From Polyangiales bacterium (GTDB taxonomy: Bacteria > Myxococcota_A > Polyangia > Polyangiales > Houyiibacteriaceae): DNA of 64,000 nt. The position numbers and the translations under genes were made by a program. Location: contig OZ245758.1 in NCBI GenBank assembly GCA_965227405.1, positions 1,641,693 through 1,705,692 on the forward strand, in the 5' to 3' direction. Below, piece after piece: positions 10,156-19,492 of this stretch. Numbering within the stretch: the stretch's first letter is position 1; every line of letters begins with the position of its first letter. Under the pieces are notes generated by a model that searched no databases, was not told where the DNA came from, and saw nothing but the letters and a program-made list of their open reading frames with translations.

Positions 10156-10728
10156 ATGAGCGATCTCGTCGATATCATCGAAGTAGCCAAGTCGGGCCGC
10201 GCCAAGTGCCGCTCCACCGGTGAGAAGATCCCCAAGGGCGAGCTGCGTTTCGGCGAAGCCTTCGTCAACACGTTCAGCAGCAGCGGCAGCATCTCCTACC
10301 GCTGGCACTTCCTCGAAGCCGCAGCGAAGCGCTTCCCGCTCAAGGTGAAGAAGGCGCTCGAGACGTTCGACGGTGACGTGCCCAACCGCGAAGCGATCGA
10401 CAAGATCATCGAAGAGGCCGGCGCCAAGAAGAAGAAGTCCGACGCGAAGAAGCCCGGTGGGTTTCCGTACGCGGACCGTGCACCGACCGGCCGTGCAGCG
10501 TGCATCGTCTGCGGAGAAAAGATCCCCAAGGGCAGCGTGCGGTTTGCCATCGAGCGCGAGATCGACACCGGCTCGTTCGTGCGCAAGGGCCCGGGCTACA
10601 TGATGGGCACCATGGTCAAGCAGTACTGCGAGGACGAAGGCTTGGACTTCGATGACTTCCTCGCATCCGTGAAAGCCAACAGCCGCGTCGTGAACGAAGA
10701 AGAGATCGACGAAGCCATCGCCGGCTAG
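10156..10728 (+). CDS. tandem degenerate PARP-type zinc-finger (zf-PARP-like) protein
   Basis: two ~90-aa internal repeats: AKSGRAKC..KIPKGELRFG..YRWHF and APTGRAACIVCGEKIPKGSVRFA..; strong Shine-Dalgarno AAGGAGG 7 nt upstream of the ATG. Confidence 0.7.
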   Translation: MSDLVDIIEVAKSGRAKCRSTGEKIPKGELRFGEAFVNTFSSSGSISYRWHFLEAAAKRFPLKVKKALETFDGDVPNREAIDKIIEEAGAKKKKSDAKKPGGFPYADRAPTGRAACIVCGEKIPKGSVRFAIEREIDTGSFVRKGPGYMMGTMVKQYCEDEGLDFDDFLASVKANSRVVNEEEIDEAIAG

Positions 10729-10869
10729 GTGTAAATTCTGGGGACAGGTTAATTAATTTACCGACCCTCGATCTCTAAGTACCCGAAAACACACGATCGC
10801 GATGGCTGACGCTCCAACGCGACGAAATGCCACATCCCCGAGGACGCGGTCCCCAGCTAACCCCGAAAG

Positions 10870-11691
10870 GTGCGTTGGGCGGCACTCCTCGGGGTTTTTG
10901 TTTGGGCGATTCCCGCCCCCGTCGACGCATGCTCGACCTGCGCCACGGGCGATCCCACGCTGACCACGCTCGGTTCCGGCGCACCTTATGCAGGTCGCGT
11001 ACGCCTAGGACTCGAGGTTCAGCACCGACGCGAAGACGTTCACGGCATCGAACTTCGCGAAGAGCGCTACGCGTTGGGCATCGCATTAAGCCCACACGAA
11101 CGACTCACGCTCACCGCAACACTCCCCGTCGCCTACCAACGCTTGCGACTGACGAACTTAGCCGAGGTTCGTCGCTGGTCGGTTGGCGACGCAAGCCTTC
11201 GCGCCGGCGTCACCCTCTATCAAGACCGTGCGTTCGACACGCGACACCTCATCGCGTTGATCGGCGGCATCGAAGCCCCGACCGCAACTCGTCCCAACGA
11301 TGTTCCGGTCGACCTGCAACTCGGTTCCCGAAGCTGGGATGCACTGATGGGCGTTCGCTATGCCTGGTTCGCGCAGCCCATCTCCATTCAAATGCACGCG
11401 TTGATCGCCGCCCCCATCGACGAGTCCGAGCGACGCGCGCGACTCCAAGCAACCGGCATCGCGCAATGGCAACCCATCGACAGCGTGGGTATGCGAGGCG
11501 GGATTCGCACCGAAGTTGAAAAGCGCACCGAACAAACCGGCGGTTGGGAAGTCGCTGCACTCGCCGGAGCAATGGTCCGGGTCCGCGAAACAATCGCGTT
11601 CGCTCAACTGGTCGTGCCGCTCGCACAAGACCTCAACGGTGGACACAAACGCGACTGGAGCGTCGAGATGGGAGTGACCGTTGACCTCTAG
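10870..11691 (+). CDS. secreted protein, possibly outer-membrane, hypothetical
   Basis: signal peptide MRWAALLGVFVWAIPAPVDA; beta-rich composition. Confidence 0.5.
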   Translation: MRWAALLGVFVWAIPAPVDACSTCATGDPTLTTLGSGAPYAGRVRLGLEVQHRREDVHGIELREERYALGIALSPHERLTLTATLPVAYQRLRLTNLAEVRRWSVGDASLRAGVTLYQDRAFDTRHLIALIGGIEAPTATRPNDVPVDLQLGSRSWDALMGVRYAWFAQPISIQMHALIAAPIDESERRARLQATGIAQWQPIDSVGMRGGIRTEVEKRTEQTGGWEVAALAGAMVRVRETIAFAQLVVPLAQDLNGGHKRDWSVEMGVTVDL

Positions 11692-12256
11692 GCTCGCTTT
11701 AGGACTCACGCTCGTGAGCATGTTCCGCTGCGTTGGCTATGACTCCGGAATCGAACTTGCGGTCGAATACCAAGCCGACTGGATCGAACGCGAAGGTCTG
11801 GTGCTGGACGAAGCGCGCATTTCAGTTGTCGCGCTCGAGCTGATCGAGTGCCCTCGCATCGCGTGGAACCCGTTTTCGGTGGCACGCGCACACGCACCTA
11901 TCGAAACCGAGCACACGCGAACGTTTGACGTGGTGACCCAAACCGAAGTCGACGGTGGGCTCATGCTTCCCGAACCTGGGTCGTACTGCGGCGTTCGGCT
12001 GCACCTGATGCCGCAACCCAGTCGTGACGCACACACGCTCTTGCTTGCTGGCGAAATGCACGGCGAGCCCTTCGTCGCGTTCAGCGATGACGCCGTCGAC
12101 ATCGACGTTCCCTGCGAATCGGCAGTGTCCCTCGACGAAGCATCGCGCACGCGAGCCGAGATTTTGCTTGAGCCTTCCGCATGGCTTCAGACACGTGACC
12201 TGAGCGTGGACTTCGATCCAAACAGCTTTCGCTGCCGATTCGTTTCGACGCCTTGA
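11681..12256 (+). CDS. hypothetical exported protein
   Basis: N-terminal hydrophobic segment LALGLTLVSMFRC; overlaps the upstream gene by 11 bp; alternative start is ATG 11720. Confidence 0.4.
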   Translation: MTSRLALGLTLVSMFRCVGYDSGIELAVEYQADWIEREGLVLDEARISVVALELIECPRIAWNPFSVARAHAPIETEHTRTFDVVTQTEVDGGLMLPEPGSYCGVRLHLMPQPSRDAHTLLLAGEMHGEPFVAFSDDAVDIDVPCESAVSLDEASRTRAEILLEPSAWLQTRDLSVDFDPNSFRCRFVSTP

Positions 12257-12309
12257 TCCTGCCGGACCAGCACTCCAAAGATCAGGAGGTGAAGGCGAGC
12301 GACGAAGGC

Positions 12310-13458
12310 ATGCGCTGGTTCGTACGGGTCCGTTGGGCGGCCGTACTTGCCGAAGTGCTTGTTGTTGGCGCTGCGACGGCGCTCGACGAAGTACTTCCGC
12401 TTGTACCCATGGGAGCACTCATCGCGGGTCAGGCGATCAGCAACGCGGTGATGCAGCCACATCCGCCGACCACACAGGCGGGTCGCACACTCATCCTCAC
12501 GCTCGATGTTGCGGTGTTGTTTGCGTTGCTTGCGCTGTCGGGAGGCCCCTCCAATCCGTTTTCCGCGCTCTTCTTTGTGCAGGTCACACTGGCCGCGGTG
12601 TTGTTACCGCGCACCGCAACCGCGTTTGTGTGGGCCAGCGCAGTGGTCGCGTACGGTGCGCTCTTCGCGATTCGTCCGGCGACACATCACCATGGCGGCG
12701 GTGATTTCGCGGTTCACCTCTACGGAATGTTTGCAGCGTTCGCGCTGACCTCAGGACTGATCGCGTACTTCGTCCATCGTCTTTCTGTTGCGCTCCGAAA
12801 AACCCGCTTGCGTGAAGCGCATGCACGCCGCGTCGCGAGCTTGACCACTTTTGCGGCAGGCGCTGCCCACGAACTCGGAACGCCGCTTGGCACGATCGCA
12901 CTCATTGCGAGCGAGCTGAGCGACCAAGTCGACGACGCCCACCGCGAAGACCTCGAGGTGATCCGCCAACAAACAGCGCGGTGTCGTCAGATTCTCGACT
13001 CCATTCACCACAAGGCGGGCGGAGTCGCCGGCGAGGGTCTCAGTGAACTCTCGTTCGAAGAACTCGCCGATGAGATCCGCATTCGCATTGGTCCAGACCG
13101 CGCCGCGCGACTTGATGTATCTGGTGAAGGCGATTTCGAAGGACCGAAACTCGCGTTCCTGCAGGTTCTCGAGAACCTGGTGACCAACGCGTTTGATGCC
13201 TCCGATCAAGAGAGTCGAGTCTCGCTCAGCTTCGACGCCGGTTCGTTACGTGTCCGCGATCGGGGAACCGGTATGGATGCCGAGACCCTCGCACGCGTGA
13301 CCGAGCCGTACTTCACAACCAAGCCCGAAGGGCAAGGCACGGGTCTGGGTCTCTTCGTCGCTGCGGAAACCATCAGCGCAGTCGGTGGCACGCTCGAGCT
13401 CGAGTCCACCCCAAACCAAGGCACGACGGTCACCGTGCATCTTCCAGGAGCTGCGTGA
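12310..13458 (+). CDS. sensor histidine kinase (RegB/PrrB/ActS-like)
   Basis: multi-TM N-terminus; H-box AAHELGTPLG; HATPase G-boxes DRGTGMD and GQGTGLGL; ORF-track start is 12253 but the first Met is taken at 12310. Confidence 0.8.
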   Translation: MRWFVRVRWAAVLAEVLVVGAATALDEVLPLVPMGALIAGQAISNAVMQPHPPTTQAGRTLILTLDVAVLFALLALSGGPSNPFSALFFVQVTLAAVLLPRTATAFVWASAVVAYGALFAIRPATHHHGGGDFAVHLYGMFAAFALTSGLIAYFVHRLSVALRKTRLREAHARRVASLTTFAAGAAHELGTPLGTIALIASELSDQVDDAHREDLEVIRQQTARCRQILDSIHHKAGGVAGEGLSELSFEELADEIRIRIGPDRAARLDVSGEGDFEGPKLAFLQVLENLVTNAFDASDQESRVSLSFDAGSLRVRDRGTGMDAETLARVTEPYFTTKPEGQGTGLGLFVAAETISAVGGTLELESTPNQGTTVTVHLPGAA

Positions 13459-14000
13459 TGGATGCGAAGAGCATTCTGATCGTCGACGATGACGATGTGT
13501 TTCGAACGCATATGGTTCGTGCGTTCGAACGACGTGAGTTGGAAGTATGGGCAGCGGAAGGCCCTGAAGACGCGCTCTTGCTTGCGCGTGAACACGTCCC
13601 CGAACTCGCCTTGATCGACCTGCGGATGCCGCAAGGCAACGGGCTCGACTTGATTCGCGATCTTCTCGACGTCGATCCGCACACGAACGTGGTCGTGCTC
13701 ACCGGCTACGGCAGCATTGCGACCGCCCTTGAAGCAGTACGCCGCGGTGCCACGCACTACCTGACCAAGCCCGCAGACCTCGACGAGATTCTGGGAGCGT
13801 TTGCCCGAAAGGGCTTGGAACCGGATGCGGATCCTCCTGAGATTCCGACCACAACGCCTTCGCTTGCGCGCGTGGAGTGGGAGCACATTCAGCGCGTGCT
13901 GACCGATTGTGGCGGCAACATTAGCCAAGCTGCGCGACAGCTCGGCCTTCACCGGCGTTCGCTGCAACGAAAACTCGCGAAGTACCCCGTGAAGCGCTGA
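13455..14000 (+). CDS. response regulator, REC plus Fis-type HTH (RegA/PrrA/ActR-like)
   Basis: receiver motifs ILIVDDDD, DLRMP and LTKP; C-terminal Fis-type [24 protein letters not shown]; ATGA overlap with the kinase gene. Confidence 0.85.
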   Translation: MMDAKSILIVDDDDVFRTHMVRAFERRELEVWAAEGPEDALLLAREHVPELALIDLRMPQGNGLDLIRDLLDVDPHTNVVVLTGYGSIATALEAVRRGATHYLTKPADLDEILGAFARKGLEPDADPPEIPTTTPSLARVEWEHIQRVLTDCGGNISQAARQLGLHRRSLQRKLAKYPVKR

Positions 14001-14021
14001 GCGCGGTATGGTCCGCCGCGG

Positions 14022-15248
14022 ATGAGCGACGAGGACCAGAAACTCACCGGCTATCACTGGAAACTGCTGCTCTTCCTGAGCGTCGCCACGTTTTTCGAGG
14101 GCTACGACTTTCTCGCGCTCACGCAGGTTCTTCCGAACTTGCGCGAAGACCTGAACCTTCCGCCCGAAGCGTCCGGTTATCTGATCGGATTCATCAACAT
14201 CGGCACGGTCGCTGCGTTTTGGATCGTGCGTCGTGCAGATGTGTGGGGACGCAAGAAGGTCCTCACGATCACGATTATTGGCTACACCAGCTTTACGTTT
14301 CTCTCGGGCTTGGCACCCGACGTGTACACGTTCGCGATCGCGCAGTTGCTTGCTCGAATCTTTTTGTTGGGCGAGTGGGCGATCAGCATGGTGATCGCGG
14401 CCGAAGAGTTTCCGTCGAGCAAGCGCGGGATTGCCATGGGCGTGATCCAAGCGTGTTCGTCGCTCGGATCGATTGTGTGCGCAGGCACGGTGCCCTTCTT
14501 GCTCAACACCGAGTACGGCTGGCGCACGGTGTACTTCATCGGAATCCTGCCCTTGGTCATCTTGATGATCGCGCGTCGGGGCATGCGCGAGACGCAGCGC
14601 TTCAAAGAGATCGAGGACGAAGAACCGGTTGGGTTCTTTGAGATCTGGAAGACCCCCTATGTGAAGCGCATGTTGATTCTCGCGCTGATTTGGTTCGTCG
14701 CGTACATCCCTGCGCAAAACGGTGTCGCGTTTTGGAAAGAGTTCGCGGTGGGAGAGCGCAACTTCACCGATGGCGAAGTGGGCGCAGCGATCAGCATTGC
14801 GGCCGTGGGCTCAATGCCCTTCGTGTTCGGTTCCGGCTGGTTGATCGACAAATTCGGCCGCAAGAAAGGCGGTGCGTTCATCTTCCTGGCTGGTGGAGCC
14901 GGAATCGCCGCGGCGTACACGCTGGAAGGATTCTGGCCTCTGACCATCGCGTTGGGCTTTGGAATCTTTGCGGCGAGCGCGTACCTACCCGTGCTCAACG
15001 CGTACAGCACCGAGCTGTTTCCAACGAAGCTGCGCGGTATGGCGTACGCGTGGTGCAACAACCTCTTGGGTCGGTTGGGCTACGTCGGCTCGCCCGTGGT
15101 TGTTGGACTACTGGTGAGCGAGACCGGAGCGTTTGGACCGATCGTCGCGTCGTTGGCGTTGTTCAACGTGGTTGCCGTGGTGTTGATCTTTGCGTTGCTG
15201 CCCGAGACGGGGAGTCGTTCGCTAGAAGATACTGCTGCGGTTCACTAG
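14022..15248 (+). CDS. MFS transporter
   Basis: 12 predicted TM segments and the MFS loop motif G..VWGRKKVL. Confidence 0.85.
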   Translation: MSDEDQKLTGYHWKLLLFLSVATFFEGYDFLALTQVLPNLREDLNLPPEASGYLIGFINIGTVAAFWIVRRADVWGRKKVLTITIIGYTSFTFLSGLAPDVYTFAIAQLLARIFLLGEWAISMVIAAEEFPSSKRGIAMGVIQACSSLGSIVCAGTVPFLLNTEYGWRTVYFIGILPLVILMIARRGMRETQRFKEIEDEEPVGFFEIWKTPYVKRMLILALIWFVAYIPAQNGVAFWKEFAVGERNFTDGEVGAAISIAAVGSMPFVFGSGWLIDKFGRKKGGAFIFLAGGAGIAAAYTLEGFWPLTIALGFGIFAASAYLPVLNAYSTELFPTKLRGMAYAWCNNLLGRLGYVGSPVVVGLLVSETGAFGPIVASLALFNVVAVVLIFALLPETGSRSLEDTAAVH

Positions 15249-15249
15249 C

Positions 15250-15798
15250 TCAGCCTTTCGTGCCGTCGCTGGCACCAAGCGCTCGGAGCATCTCGTCGCG
15301 TGATGCTAGCCAACGCTTGAGCGACTGCCGATTTCGCCAGCTCCCTGCGGCGAAGTAGCACCAGGCGAGCCACGCGGCGAGGCCGGCTGCGAACCGACCT
15401 TCCTCTTCGACGAAGAACGACGCGACGAACAAGCCTGAAGACCCCACCCCGAACAGTAGGGCACAAAGACCGCAAAACCACTCACCGAACGTTCGTATCC
15501 ATCCTTCGCCTAGGCGTCTCCATTTCAGCTCCAGCGCGCCTATCTGCCCACGAACTTCAAGTTCGAGTCCTTCTTCGCCGCGAGCGGGATTGATGACGAT
15601 CATGGTCATCCAGATTGTGTGGTCGTCCTTGAACCCCCATTGAACGTCGTCATCCCAAACCGGTCTGAGTCGTGGCGGGCCTAGCCGAGGAAGTTCTTCG
15701 AAGGTACCAGCGACCTGGGTCGGAGCAGATTCGAGAAACTCTTTCCAGGCTCTGCGGCGTTGGTCGATGAACGTACTGACAAACCAATCGCCGAACAT
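15250..15798 (-). CDS. hypothetical membrane protein
   Basis: protein-like composition with one C-terminal TM helix; convergent with the MFS gene. Confidence 0.4.
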   Translation of the reverse strand: MFGDWFVSTFIDQRRRAWKEFLESAPTQVAGTFEELPRLGPPRLRPVWDDDVQWGFKDDHTIWMTMIVINPARGEEGLELEVRGQIGALELKWRRLGEGWIRTFGEWFCGLCALLFGVGSSGLFVASFFVEEEGRFAAGLAAWLAWCYFAAGSWRNRQSLKRWLASRDEMLRALGASDGTKG

Positions 15799-15815
15799 CC
15801 ACGCACCCTAAGCAC

Positions 15816-16040
15816 TCATGGGGTCTTGGGAAGAATCCTACGTGCACGTTTCTCGAATCGCTCGTTGGGCATGGGCAGCAGGGGCACGCCGTTCCGCCGG
15901 TTCCTGCGCCGACGCGACGCGACCCGTGTACCGTCGTGCCCGTGCCCATGCCCATGCCCATGCCCGTGCCCAACGAGCGTCGGAAAGAGACGCGTGCGCA
16001 GGAACCATCCCATGACCACAGGGTCAAAACCGCGCGACAT
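15816..16040 (-). CDS. small His-Gly repeat protein (speculative)
   Basis: 74-aa ORF containing (HG)6 encoded by a hexanucleotide repeat; lies between two same-strand genes, 18 bp upstream of 15798. Confidence 0.25.
   Translation of the reverse strand: MSRGFDPVVMGWFLRTRLFPTLVGHGHGHGHGHGHDGTRVASRRRRNRRNGVPLLPMPNERFEKRARRILPKTP
15936..15972. repeat. hexanucleotide tandem repeat (CCCRTG)x6
   Basis: gtgcccgtgcccatgcccatgcccatgcccgtgccc read directly from the sequence. Confidence 0.9.
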
Positions 16041-16974
16041 CCAATAGAATATCGACCTCGCAGGTCTTGCTCACCGCACCCTCTGTCGTTCCATCCGCAT
16101 TGACCTGCGCCGAGAAACTAAACCCACGCGGATCCAAACACGCAGGATCGTAACTGCCATCAAGCCCACCGACGGGCGCACTCGCCACGGTTGTCCACGC
16201 GTCGACGAAACCAAAATTGTTCCGCCTCAGGTACGTATGGAACGTCTCATCAAACGCTCCATCCTCGGTGATCAGCTCGACGTACACTTCGATGTCTAGG
16301 GCTGGCTGCGTGGGCGACGGGATCCGACACACCAAAAACCCATCGGTGTAGACAATTCGAACGCGCACGTTGGTATCCGGAAGCGTCTCGGGATACAGCT
16401 CACGATCACGCATGTACGGAAAGGGCGACGTGAAGTCGTCCGTCGGAATTCCCTCCAGTACCGCCACTGGCGTGAAGTCTGCATCATCACCGCACTGCTC
16501 GTTGGCGTCCTCCAATAGAATCGCGCCCTCTTCCGGCAAACCGGAATCGCGTCGCGTGCACGCCAAACCAGACGCCGCACACACGCATTCGTTCACACCG
16601 TCTGTCGCATCAAAGCGCTCGCCGTACTCGTAGTCGGTACCGTCATAGGTGCAGCCCGGACCCATCGACGTGCATTCACGCTCGGTGCATGCGCTGCTCC
16701 CGTCCGCATTGCAGTCACAGAAGTTGCACCCGTCGCCCGCGGGATATCGGTCGCCAGCTTCATGGTCGTCCAGACAACTCGAGCCCGCGTCCACGCCCGC
16801 ATCGGTTCCGGCGTCGACACCTGTATCCAGCTCCGCATCGACACCGTCCGTCGAAGCGTCCGTGCCCACGTCGGTGCCGCTGTCCACGACCGACACGTCC
16901 GTACCCGCGTCGGTCGGAGCACTGTCGTCTCCGCACGCGACCATCAACAAACAAACCAAGGCAAGTGACCGCAT
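16024..16974 (-). CDS. Cys-rich secreted lipoprotein, hypothetical
   Basis: lipoprotein signal MRSLALVCLLMVACGDD; Asp/Thr/Gly-rich linker; multiple Cys pairs. Confidence 0.6.
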   Translation of the reverse strand: MRSLALVCLLMVACGDDSAPTDAGTDVSVVDSGTDVGTDASTDGVDAELDTGVDAGTDAGVDAGSSCLDDHEAGDRYPAGDGCNFCDCNADGSSACTERECTSMGPGCTYDGTDYEYGERFDATDGVNECVCAASGLACTRRDSGLPEEGAILLEDANEQCGDDADFTPVAVLEGIPTDDFTSPFPYMRDRELYPETLPDTNVRVRIVYTDGFLVCRIPSPTQPALDIEVYVELITEDGAFDETFHTYLRRNNFGFVDAWTTVASAPVGGLDGSYDPACLDPRGFSFSAQVNADGTTEGAVSKTCEVDILLDVARF

Positions 16975-17079
16975 GTGACGAGCGTGCCACGTGTTGCGAA
17001 ATCACCACAGCGTTGAACGACAAATACGCGCTGAACGTTAGGGATTCGAAGTGGCATCCCCTTCGCATTGGCGGTGGTT

Positions 17080-17769
17080 ATGCGTATCGCACTGACCATC
17101 ATCGTGCTCGCTGGATGCACGCCGCACGTGTTCTCACCACCGGGTCGTGTCATTCCACTCGAAGCGCCAGCGACCGTGGGCGAAGGCCGAACGGGAATTC
17201 AGATCGAGGGCGGAATGAGTTCGGAGAGCTTTGGCGAACCCATCGGGCACGGCACCGCACGCGTTCGACACGGCCTCACGGAACGACTCGAGATCAACGG
17301 CGAAGCAAGCGCGGTGGTGTTTACGCTTGGCGACGACGCCATGACCGATGCGCATCGCGGAATCTACTCCGCACGCTTTGGCGTCAAAGGCGCGTTCGGA
17401 CGTCACTTCGCGCTCACGAGTGGACTCGCAGGAGGATGGTCGGCAGGTGGTGGTTTTCTCTCGCCGGACATTGGGCTCGTCACGGGGTGGACGAACAACT
17501 TCGTCGTGCCCTTCATCTCGACGCGTGTGTTCTTCAGCCAACCACTGAATGCGACTGCGGTGACGATCACCGACAACGAGGAAACGATCACAGCGGAGCC
17601 TCAACCTTCGTATGGCGTGTCGTTGGCGACGGGAATTCGTGTGCCCTTCGGACCGCGCGGGGATGAACGTGGAGCGTTCACGACCGGGTTCGGGTTTACG
17701 GTCATCAGCGACGGAGACGAGACGAAGGAGTTTTCCGGGTTCAATCTAGGGGTGGAGCTGCGCCTCTGA
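17080..17769 (+). CDS. lipoprotein, hypothetical
   Basis: MRIALTIIVLAGCTPH lipobox; ORF-track start is 17068. Confidence 0.6.
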   Translation: MRIALTIIVLAGCTPHVFSPPGRVIPLEAPATVGEGRTGIQIEGGMSSESFGEPIGHGTARVRHGLTERLEINGEASAVVFTLGDDAMTDAHRGIYSARFGVKGAFGRHFALTSGLAGGWSAGGGFLSPDIGLVTGWTNNFVVPFISTRVFFSQPLNATAVTITDNEETITAEPQPSYGVSLATGIRVPFGPRGDERGAFTTGFGFTVISDGDETKEFSGFNLGVELRL

Positions 17770-17780
17770 GGTCGGAGAGG

Positions 17781-17925
17781 GATGTGCCGCGATATATTTT
17801 TTATCTTGGAAGATTGAGAGATGGAAAGCTGGGAAGAGGAAACCGATTATTTTCTCGGGCCATGCGTTGAGCTTCCGTACTCCCGAGCTTCCAAGCTTCC
17901 GGATCCGCGAAGCGGAATGCTGCCC
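17781..17925 (-). repeat. MITE-like intergenic repeat, copy A
   Basis: reverse complement is ~85% identical over ~140 bp to 28661..28803; carries the core gcttccggatccgcgaagcggaatgc. Confidence 0.8.
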
Positions 17926-17936
17926 ACACGGAGCCG

Positions 17937-19472
17937 CTAAAAACCATCATCGAAGATCGGCACATCGTCGACGACTTGGTCTGACATGCCCATACCCATG
18001 CCCATCCCGCGCATGTTCATTCGTGGACGCATGCCGCGCATGCTCATGCCCATCCGTGAAGCACGGTCGTCTTCTGCCTCGGCTTCGGCTTCGGCTTCGG
18101 CCTCGGCTGCGACGGCGGCTGCGGCCTCGGCTTCGGCGACGGCTTCGGCGACGGCGTCGGCTTCGGCCTCGGCTTCGGCTTCGGCTGCGGCTGCGGCTTC
18201 GGCTGCGGCTTCGGCGGAGGATTCGGCGGAGGATTCGGTTTCAGCTTCGGCCGCGCTCCCAGCCGATTCCACGGGTGGCGCCGCAACGGGCAGAACCGGC
18301 TCGCCACTTCCGCCGCGGACAAGCATCACCGTCAACGCAAACGATGCGATCGCTACCGCAATCCCAGCAACGATGATCCAACCCTTCCGCGACTGCTCTT
18401 GGCGCGGACGCACGCCGCTTCCATCGCGTGTCGGAGCTTCACTTGCCTCAACTCCAGCTGGAACCGGCGCCGCTCCATCCAGACAAGCCGCCAGCATCTC
18501 ACGACGCTCATCCAGCATCTTGCCAAGGCTGCCCTCCAAGAGTGTGGCGATACGCGTCGCATCCACCATCGCCACCTCAGGAACGGCCTGGCCCAACGCA
18601 CGTCGGAACTCCAACGCAGTCTGATAACGATCGTCCGGATTCTGGGCGAGCGCCTTCATCACGACAGCGTCGAGTGCCGGCGACACCCCCGATCCAAACG
18701 CGCTCGGAGGTTTGATATCGGGCGCTGCGATCTGTTGCATCACGGCGAGTTCGTCACGACCGTTGAACAGTCGTCGCAACGCAAGCATCTCCCACAACAC
18801 CACGCCCATCGCATAGACATCGCTACGTCGATCGACGGTATCCCCGCGTGCCTGCTCCGGCGCCATGTAGCGCAACTTGCCTTTGAGCGAACCCGACCCC
18901 GTTTCGGTTTGGTGATGCCGGCCCCGCGCTTTCGCAATTCCGAAGTCGATCACCTTCACGTTGCCGTCCGCAGCCAACAGGATGTTCTGCGGACTGATGT
19001 CGCGGTGAACCAAACCGAGGAAGTTGCCGTCGGCCCCCTTGATATCGTGCGCGGCGTGCAAACCACTGAGCGCCTGCATCGCGATCCAAGCCATCTGTGC
19101 TGGATCCAGCGGCTCTTCGCTCATCGCGCGTGACTTGAGAAGCTGCGAGAGCGAAGCGCCGAGCAAATACTCCATGGCGATAAAGAGCACGCCGTCGCGT
19201 TCGCCCAGTTCTTCGATGTGAATCACGTTGGGGTGTTGGATCTTCGCGGCGAGTTTGGCCTCGTCGATGAACATGTCGACGAACTCGGAACTTTCGGCGA
19301 GATGGGGATGGATCACTTTGATCCCCACGGGTCGCGCAAAGCCCGCAGCACCCTCACGTCGCGCGAGATACACGCTCGCCATACCGCCGCCCGTTAAACG
19401 CGCGAAAATCTGATACGGCCCAAAGACCGAGCCGACGCCGACGTGTGCTGAGGCGCTGGGCTGAACCGCCAC
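17937..19472 (-). CDS. Ser/Thr protein kinase with one TM helix and low-complexity (AE)n / Met-Gly-rich tail
   Basis: Hanks motifs GMASVYLA, VGIKV, HRDISPQNILL, DFGIA, APE; TM GWIIVAGIAVAIASFALTVMLV; C-terminal AEAEAE.. and MGMSMRGMRPRMNMRGMGMGMGM. Confidence 0.9.
   Translation of the reverse strand: MAVQPSASAHVGVGSVFGPYQIFARLTGGGMASVYLARREGAAGFARPVGIKVIHPHLAESSEFVDMFIDEAKLAAKIQHPNVIHIEELGERDGVLFIAMEYLLGASLSQLLKSRAMSEEPLDPAQMAWIAMQALSGLHAAHDIKGADGNFLGLVHRDISPQNILLAADGNVKVIDFGIAKARGRHHQTETGSGSLKGKLRYMAPEQARGDTVDRRSDVYAMGVVLWEMLALRRLFNGRDELAVMQQIAAPDIKPPSAFGSGVSPALDAVVMKALAQNPDDRYQTALEFRRALGQAVPEVAMVDATRIATLLEGSLGKMLDERREMLAACLDGAAPVPAGVEASEAPTRDGSGVRPRQEQSRKGWIIVAGIAVAIASFALTVMLVRGGSGEPVLPVAAPPVESAGSAAEAETESSAESSAEAAAEAAAAAEAEAEAEADAVAEAVAEAEAAAAVAAEAEAEAEAEAEDDRASRMGMSMRGMRPRMNMRGMGMGMGMSDQVVDDVPIFDDGF
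18075..18255. repeat. hexanucleotide tandem repeat (GCYTCG)n, ~28 units, coding (AE)n in the kinase gene
   Basis: cggcttcggcttcggcttcggcctcggctgcg.. read directly. Confidence 0.9.
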
Positions 19473-19492
19473 GTCGCGGAGTGTAACAGCCC

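Noticed and set aside
13206-14717. 503-aa ORF antisense to the histidine kinase, response regulator and MFS genes
   Set aside because: Spans three well-supported genes on the other strand; Arg-rich and no motifs.
16689-17666. 325-aa extremely Arg-rich ORF
   Set aside because: Overlaps two lipoprotein genes on both strands; composition implausible for a protein.
15936-18255. Short direct repeats as a possible CRISPR array
   Set aside because: They are 6-nt microsatellites without spacers and lie inside coding sequence; no cas genes are present.
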